Below are positions 58,407-64,000 of a stretch of DNA of 64,000 nt, in pieces (positions within the stretch are counted from its first letter, which is position 1; the number at the start of each line of letters is the position of its first letter). The notes beneath the pieces are model-generated. The model did not search any database, was not told the origin of the DNA, and saw nothing but the letters and a program-made list of their open reading frames with translations. Source of the stretch: an uncultured Spirochaetaceae bacterium (GTDB lineage: Bacteria > Spirochaetota > Spirochaetia > SZUA-6 > DRHE01); the NCBI GenBank assembly GCA_964588355.1, contig CAZPPB010000002.1:16218-80217 (forward strand). Direction: 5' to 3'. Made by a program: the position numbers and the translations under genes.

Positions 58407-59642
58407 ATGAACTGCAGGGAGTGTAGGCTCAGCTTCAAACGGTTCCGTTACAATTCGGGGTTTGTTTCTCAACGAGTATCCTATGGTCCAGGAGTTAATA
58501 GTCGCCCGTATCCAGCCCACAGGGTGAAACCATGCACGAATCCTGACTGCAAGTACGAATACTTCCGTCCGTTCAGTTGTAAGTCGTTTTACTTCTGTCC
58601 TTCCTGCTCGCAGAAACGGACCCTGCTATTCTCCGAGTATATGAACGAGCGGCTCCTGCTGGCCTTGCTCCACCGGCAGTTCGTCTTCACTATACCCAAG
58701 CTCCTGCGGCCCTACTTCCGCCACAACCGCCGGCTGTTCTCGGAGATCAGCCGGCTCATCTTTGCGATACTCAAGCGGTTCTACGACAGAGCGGCGAAGA
58801 GGCCGGTTCGAACCGGAATGGTTCTGGCTTACCAGTTCCAGTCCTCAGGGGAGTTTTTGCGGTGGAATCCGCATTACCACTGCCTCGTGTTGGAGGGCGG
58901 GTTCGATGAGACTGGTAGATTTGTACATATCCCTTTAGGAAACCTCAATAGAATGTCAGAGTACTTCCGCCGAGTGATCATCAGGTTCTTCCTGGAAAAA
59001 GAGCTGATCAATGCCCATCTGGCAACCAGTTTGATCAACTGGCGACACTCAGGCTTTTCTGTTAATCACGAAGTTCGGATCCCCGCATTCTCTGACCAAG
59101 CCCGTAAAGCCCTCTCCCAATACATCGCCCGCCCACCTTTGTCTTTGAAGAAGATGAGTATCGAAGAGAATAGAGAGGCCACGGTGGTCTCCTACACTTC
59201 CGATAACGAATTCTTCAAGGGAAAGATCGAATCCTTCCCTGTGACCCGTTTCTTGTTGGAGCTGACACAACACATCCCTCCCCGTGGATTACAATATATC
59301 CGGCGATATGGATTGTATGCTTCCCGCACAAAGGGCAAGTGGCCGGATATGCCACTTGTGATGAGGCTCGCCCCTGCCGGATGGAAAGCCGAGCGCCTAC
59401 AGGCTTCTGAATCGATACAATCTTGCTATGATGAAGCAGCTGTTTCTGATCAAGAAAGCCGGTGCACCTGGGCCAGGCTCATCGCTCAGGTGTACGAAGT
59501 GGACCCCTTGACCTGCAGTAGATGCGGCTCGCAGATGCAGATCCTCGCCGTGATCACCGAGCCGGAAGAGGTCCGCAAGATCCTGCGGCATCTGGTGAAG
59601 ATCGGTCGATCGCCACCGGGGCTGGATCCAAACTTCGTGTAA
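58407..59642 (+). mobile_element. IS91-family (Y2, HUH rolling-circle) transposase gene
   Basis: N-terminal zinc ribbon C..C/CTNPDC/CPSC, HUH-like NPHYHCLVLEGG, C-terminal RYGLYASRTKGKW and CSRCGSQMQILAVIT typical of IS91/IS801 transposases. Confidence 0.7.
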
Positions 59643-59825
59643 TCTCTCATCTGTCTCCCTGACTGCTCCGGGGGATGAGCATGTCCCTGCAGCGTTCCTT
59701 ATCCTTCCAAAAAGCCATGTTTCTCGTTTTGAGTGCTCGACGCAGTAGCCAGGAGGGGCAGCCGTCACGGGATTTGCTTTGCGTGGCCGAGGATGAGCGG
59801 CAGAGTTGCCTCGATCGCCCGATGG

Positions 59826-60029
59826 TCACCACATTCGGAGTTTGCATGACTGGCTCGGATTATAAAAACTCCTGTCACTCCCCTGCCAGGTATATACGCT
59901 GGTGATCGGGTCGATAATCTGAACACAGGCGGCCAGTCGTCCTTCCACCAGTGTGGAGGCGATCTTCCTTGCATCCTCCATCGTTGCTGTCGTGGTCGTT
60001 GTCAAAACGGGCACACGTTTTTTCTTCAC
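59826..60029 (-). pseudogene. cutA: truncated cutA (divalent-cation tolerance protein) remnant
   Basis: GTG-start ORF VLTTTTTATMEDARKIASTLVEGRLAACVQIIDPITSVYTWQG matches CutA N-terminal ~50 aa, then loses homology and terminates; no continuation in other frames. Confidence 0.55.
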
Positions 60030-60039
60030 TGAGTCGTTC

Positions 60040-60495
60040 CTATCGGCGGGGTCGAATGCTGGTCAGGCTGTCCAGCAGGGCCTGCCTGTATTGGGTGAAC
60101 ACCGGATGGGGCGCTGCGGCTTCGGCCAGAGTGATGGTCCTTTCGGTCACGATGAGGGCGGTGAGATAGAGGTAGCTTTCGTTTCCCGCAGGCAGGATCC
60201 ACTCGTAGTACAGTCCCTCCCGGTCGCCGCTTTCAAAAGACTGGGCATCTGCACTGGAGCGATACCCCTCTTTTCTCAGGTGGTTCTCTAAAGCATCCCC
60301 CCAGAACGACAGATCCTTCTGCGGTTCGTTCTTTATGCTGCGAACGCGGTACAGCATTCCCTCCGGGCTTATCGCCCGATAGGAACGGCCCCCTTTGAGC
60401 TCAGCGAATCCTGCGGGAGGAACCACGGAGATCCGGGAACAGGAAACAGTGAGAAGCATCAGCGCCACTCCGAAAGGCAGTAATACTCGCCTCAT
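60040..60495 (-). CDS. hypothetical lipoprotein
   Basis: Signal peptide with lipobox LLTVSC; no motif. Confidence 0.5.
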   Translation of the reverse strand: MRRVLLPFGVALMLLTVSCSRISVVPPAGFAELKGGRSYRAISPEGMLYRVRSIKNEPQKDLSFWGDALENHLRKEGYRSSADAQSFESGDREGLYYEWILPAGNESYLYLTALIVTERTITLAEAAAPHPVFTQYRQALLDSLTSIRPRR

Positions 60496-60496
60496 C

Positions 60497-61114
60497 CTAC
60501 CTCTCCTCCCCGGCTAGTCCCCGACGGATAAACGTGTAGAAATCCACGCCGTTGATCCAGTCAAAAGATGAAGGGATGTTCTCCGGCAATGTCTGCTCCA
60601 GGTACCGGAGAGAGATCTCGGCCCGGGAGAAGGTGCGGTTCAGATTCAAAGTCTGAAGCGTTGCGGTGTGCTGTTCGATCTCCTCTATAAGGGTGAGAAC
60701 TTCCTTCTCGATCGCCAGGGTCCCCTTGGCATCCGCCTGGTCGAGGAGGGCCAGGGTTTGCCGTAAAACCTCTTGCCGGCTGTTGATCTTGGCCACGGTT
60801 TCCAGAATCGCCTCCCGCAGATCCTGACTCTGCGGGGAAAGATCCAGAACGTAATCGGAAAGCTCCTCCAGTTTGCTGCGAAGCCGGGGCATCTGCTCGA
60901 AGGGAAGGCGCAGCACGACCCTGTCGCTGGATGTGAGCAGGGCGTAGCCGCCGTTGTTTTCCGCCCACAACTCCAGCTCGTCGGCGCTGCGGTCCGGATC
61001 CGCTACCAGTACCGTGGCCTCGAGAATCTGATACAGGTAGTTCTGGCCTGCCGCCGGTTGGATGAATACAGCTGCCAGAATCGCGAGCAGCAGGGCGGAT
61101 CTCACCAGAGCCAT
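60497..61114 (-). CDS. hypothetical secreted coiled-coil protein
   Basis: Signal peptide MALVRSALLLAILAAVFIQPAAG; heptad-like Leu pattern. Confidence 0.5.
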   Translation of the reverse strand: MALVRSALLLAILAAVFIQPAAGQNYLYQILEATVLVADPDRSADELELWAENNGGYALLTSSDRVVLRLPFEQMPRLRSKLEELSDYVLDLSPQSQDLREAILETVAKINSRQEVLRQTLALLDQADAKGTLAIEKEVLTLIEEIEQHTATLQTLNLNRTFSRAEISLRYLEQTLPENIPSSFDWINGVDFYTFIRRGLAGEER

Positions 61115-62169
61115 GGACGTACCTCCAGGGAATCCAAAGCTTCCCGGATGCCTATCAGGTGCTGCTCTTTCGCCTCGATATCCGGAAAGAAAACCTCGAC
61201 AACGTACAACCTGCCTCTGTTCACCAGAACCGCCACCAGGTAGGCGTAGGGATTCCTGTCTTTGCTGGTAAACAGCACCCCTTTCAGTGAGCCTGCTTCC
61301 AGAGGATCTGCCTGCTTGTAGAAGGGTTGAAGGTGATGAAGCAGGGCCTGCTGCCAGAACTGCTCATCCCCTTGGGGTTGATTTCTCGTGCTGCCGATAC
61401 GCACCCGGGTTCCGTCGGAGCTCTCAGCCCGGAAGACGCGGCGTTCTTCCAGAATCGCAAAATCTTCTCCCAGGGACACACGCACCCGGCCCCGTAATCG
61501 CGATAGGCTGCCGTACACAGGTTCCAGGGAAGCAATCCAGGCAAAGGGGATGTCCTCCTTGCGGATCTTTCCCACAGGCAGCCGAGGAACCAGCTCCACG
61601 GTGATGCGGGAGAAGGAGATCTGACGCTCCAGAGTCTCGAGGCGCAGGCGGATACCCTCGATCTCCTCGCTCAGGCGTTTGATCTCGCGGAGGATCTGCA
61701 GCCTCTCTTCTACATCGTCGGTTCGCTCCAACAGGGTGTAGAGCCGCTCCCGGGCCCGCTCCGCGGTGCGCAGTCGCATCTCCTGGTCCCGGAAATAGTC
61801 GCTGACATCGAAGGTTTCGATGGATTTGTACAGCAGTTCGCCCTTGTCGAGAATCGCCTCGAAAAGCTCGCGGAATCGGTTGGCGGGAACCCGCAGGATG
61901 ATCGTGTTTTCGTAGGCGCTTTCCACATAACCGCCGCTGCGCTCCGCGAATTGAGTGAGATCGGCCTTGGCCTGTTCGACTTCATCCACGATCAGGCGGC
62001 AGAAGCCGCTGTAGATGCGTTTTCGCTCCGCCGGTTTTTGCGGCGCTGCGGTTGTAGCCAAGATGCCGGAGCTGTCTTTGGCCAGGTCTGCATAGAGCTC
62101 GTCAGCGGCAACCCCGCCCACCGCTTTACTCGCCTGCGGTGCCGGGGCTTCCCGTAGCATGTCCTCCAT
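61102..62169 (-). CDS. DUF4349-like protein (probably a lipoprotein with N-terminus extending to ~62265)
   Basis: Central coiled-coil RLRTAERARERLYTLLERTDDVEERLQILREIKRLSEEIEGIRLRLETLERQISFSRITVEL typical of DUF4349; in-frame upstream lipoprotein signal KKAIRAICAAASVLLVLILAIGTLIGCGGGSGGG without canonical start. Confidence 0.55.
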   Translation of the reverse strand: MEDMLREAPAPQASKAVGGVAADELYADLAKDSSGILATTAAPQKPAERKRIYSGFCRLIVDEVEQAKADLTQFAERSGGYVESAYENTIILRVPANRFRELFEAILDKGELLYKSIETFDVSDYFRDQEMRLRTAERARERLYTLLERTDDVEERLQILREIKRLSEEIEGIRLRLETLERQISFSRITVELVPRLPVGKIRKEDIPFAWIASLEPVYGSLSRLRGRVRVSLGEDFAILEERRVFRAESSDGTRVRIGSTRNQPQGDEQFWQQALLHHLQPFYKQADPLEAGSLKGVLFTSKDRNPYAYLVAVLVNRGRLYVVEVFFPDIEAKEQHLIGIREALDSLEVRPWLW

Positions 62170-62360
62170 GGGCTCGGCCGCGCTTGCTTTACCGCCAAGT
62201 GACCAGCCACCACCAGAGCCTCCGCCGCAGCCAATAAGTGTGCCGATGGCAAGTATGAGAACGAGCAGTACGGACGCAGCACAAATCGCCCGGATCGCCT
62301 TCTTTCACCCCATAGTAGTGTGCAAATCTGGGGATTGCAAGGATCGGTTCTGAATTGAAG

Positions 62361-62972
62361 CTATTGGCTGCGTGAATGTCCTTGTTTATGGCGTCTACGC
62401 AACACGTCCAAAACATCGTCTAAGCAGTATCCCTTATCCGCCAGGAGAACGAGAACATGGTAGATAAGGTCCGCCGCTTCTTCCAGAAAGTGGTCGTGAT
62501 TCTCACCCATAGCTTCAATCGCCAATTCCCCCGCTTCTTCTACCACCTTTTGGGCAATTTTGGCTCTGCCTTTTCGGAAGAGAGAGGCTGTATAGGAGGT
62601 CTCCGGAGAAGCCTGCCGCCTGTTCTCAATCACTGTTTCCAGAAGGCTTAGAAAAGGCGGGGTATTTTCCTGACGGAAACAGGTGTCTTCTCCCGTGTGG
62701 CATACCGGCCCTGCGGGTTCAGCTAATATCAGTAAGGTATCCTGGTCGCAGTCGAGCAGAATCTCCCGAACGTGCAGCAGATTTCCGGAGGTTTCTCCTT
62801 TGGTCCACAGACAATCCCGGCTGCGACTGTAAAAGGTTACCAATCCGCTGGAACGAGTTTTCTCTAAAGCGGCTTCGTTCATATAGCCGAGCATCAACAC
62901 TCTCTGAGTTCTCGAATCTTGAATAACGGCAGGGACCAGTTGGTCCGGATGTTTGGAATAATCGATGGTCAC
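62361..62972 (-). CDS. hisIE: bifunctional phosphoribosyl-AMP cyclohydrolase/phosphoribosyl-ATP pyrophosphatase
   Basis: N-terminal HisI region (LVPAVIQD..SRSRDCLWTKGETSG..C..C..H), C-terminal HisE region (LEEAADLIYHVLVLL); GTG start with AAGGAG RBS. Confidence 0.85.
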   Translation of the reverse strand: MTIDYSKHPDQLVPAVIQDSRTQRVLMLGYMNEAALEKTRSSGLVTFYSRSRDCLWTKGETSGNLLHVREILLDCDQDTLLILAEPAGPVCHTGEDTCFRQENTPPFLSLLETVIENRRQASPETSYTASLFRKGRAKIAQKVVEEAGELAIEAMGENHDHFLEEAADLIYHVLVLLADKGYCLDDVLDVLRRRHKQGHSRSQ

Positions 62973-62982
62973 AATCAGCTCC

Positions 62983-63744
62983 TTAAACAGTTATACGCAC
63001 AGGAATACCCCGGCTGTTCAATCCGTCCTTTACATCCCGTATGCGCATTTCCTTGTAGTGAAATATTCCAGCGGCCAGGGCTGCATCGGCTTGGCCCTCC
63101 GTGAACACCCGGACAAAATCCTCCAGGCATCCCGCCCCGCCCGAGGCGATAACCGGTACATCGACCAGACGGGAAACGATACGGGTAAGTTCGAGGTCAA
63201 ATCCCTGCCGGGTGCCGTCGGCATCCATAGAGGTGAGAAGGATCTCCCCGGCCCCCCGTTCTACCCCTTCGGTAATCCATTCCAGGGTAGAGCGATCCGT
63301 CATGCGGCTGCCCCCATGGGTAAATACTCTGGAGCCTTGGGCTGTATTTTTAGAATCCACAGCTAAAACCACACACTGGCTGCCGAATGCATAGGCCAGT
63401 TCCGTTATCAGTTGGGAGTGCCGAACAGCTGCTGAGTTGATGGTGATTTTGTCGGCTCCGTTTTCTAACAGACGCCCGGCATCGGCAACGGAACCGATCC
63501 CTCCGCCCACGGTAAATGGGATATTGATCTCTCGGGAGATGCTTTTAGCCAGGTCGGCCAAGGTCTCCCTGGATTCCAGGGTGGCCGTTATATCCAGAAA
63601 GGCAAGCTCATCCGCACCTTCTCGGGAATAGTAGGCTCCCAGCTCAACGGGATCACCGGCATCCTGCAGTTTTTTGAAGTTGACTCCTTTTACCGTGCGT
63701 CCGTTCTTGATATCCAAACAGGGTATGATGCGTTTTACCAGCAT
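62983..63744 (-). CDS. hisF: imidazole glycerol phosphate synthase cyclase subunit
   Basis: MLVKRIIPCLDIKNGRTVKGVNF..GADELAFLDITA..SGGAG: canonical HisF. Confidence 0.9.
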   Translation of the reverse strand: MLVKRIIPCLDIKNGRTVKGVNFKKLQDAGDPVELGAYYSREGADELAFLDITATLESRETLADLAKSISREINIPFTVGGGIGSVADAGRLLENGADKITINSAAVRHSQLITELAYAFGSQCVVLAVDSKNTAQGSRVFTHGGSRMTDRSTLEWITEGVERGAGEILLTSMDADGTRQGFDLELTRIVSRLVDVPVIASGGAGCLEDFVRVFTEGQADAALAAGIFHYKEMRIRDVKDGLNSRGIPVRITV

Positions 63745-63759
63745 AGCGTACTCCGTTGT

Positions 63760-64000
63760 TTATCCGCTGTTTAGCCGGGATAACTCATCCAAGCTGATTC
63801 GCTTTTCATACAAAGCTTTTCCGACGATTACTCCCGGGATTCCGGCTTCCGCCAAAGCCTGCAGATCCCGAATGTCCGACACTCCACCGCTGGCGATGAT
63901 CTTGAGTCCGGGGAACTGATCCTTCATAGCCTTGTAAAGGGGGAGGGCCGGTCCCCTAAGCATCCCGTCCCGGCTGATATCCGTCGATATCACCTGGGTG
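63760..64000 (-). CDS. hisA: HisA (ProFAR isomerase), C-terminal part only; gene continues past window end
   Basis: ITDISRDGMLRGPALPLY..IIASGGVSDIRDL..GVIVGKALYE matches HisA C-terminal half. Confidence 0.8.
   Translation of the reverse strand, partial: TQVISTDISRDGMLRGPALPLYKAMKDQFPGLKIIASGGVSDIRDLQALAEAGIPGVIVGKALYEKRISLDELSRLNSG

Noticed and set aside
1-64000. Search for CRISPR arrays, tRNA/rRNA genes, integrases or phage genes
   Set aside because: No direct-repeat/spacer periodicity, no tRNA-like T-loop motifs in intergenic regions, no recombinase motifs. The only mobile signature is the IS91-family transposase.

Overview
This is a GC-rich (roughly 60%+) bacterial chromosomal window with dense coding on both strands and no rRNA, tRNA or CRISPR that I can see. 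Many long antisense ORFs in the six-frame track are GC artefacts that shadow the real genes. It is probably from an uncultured anaerobe, because it uses selenocysteine and sigma-54. From left to right the window holds: an ABC-2 exporter pair; a Gfo/Idh/MocA oxidoreductase followed by a 67-aa MshEN-like mini-protein; cysS; a dihydroorotate-dehydrogenase-like protein; an acyl-CoA ligase with a CheY-like receiver; and a short selenoprotein gene that the ORF track missed because of an in-frame TGA (a HesB/IscA-like carrier with U at the GGGC position). Next come a MinD/ParA-like ATPase with a long unknown C-terminal domain plus a co-operonic hypothetical; a signalling block (hybrid HK, HisKA_3 HK and a NarL-type RR); and a surface-protein cluster (DUF2807 lipoprotein, a DRG-like TGS GTPase with a degenerate G3 motif, a DUF4097 adhesin-like protein carrying a G9 tract, and a small OMP). 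Three paralogous FbpABC/AfuABC-type ABC importers sit beside PfkB sugar kinases, HAD phosphatases and sugar-phosphate isomerases; a frameshifted phosphomannomutase and a frameshifted RpiR regulator lie in the same cluster, consistent with sugar-phosphate rather than iron uptake. The window also holds two DUF47-PiT phosphate-transporter modules. One sits behind a textbook sigma-54 promoter with a 15-bp perfect palindrome directly downstream of an HK/NtrC-type pair. The other follows a Zn-dehydrogenase and a long structured leader. The right end carries a large lipoprotein with a trypsin-like protease domain and TPRs, an IS91-family transposase next to a truncated cutA remnant, a three-gene secreted DUF4349 lipoprotein operon, and hisA(partial)-hisF-hisIE. 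All calls rest on motifs I can read in the translations; no database search was run.
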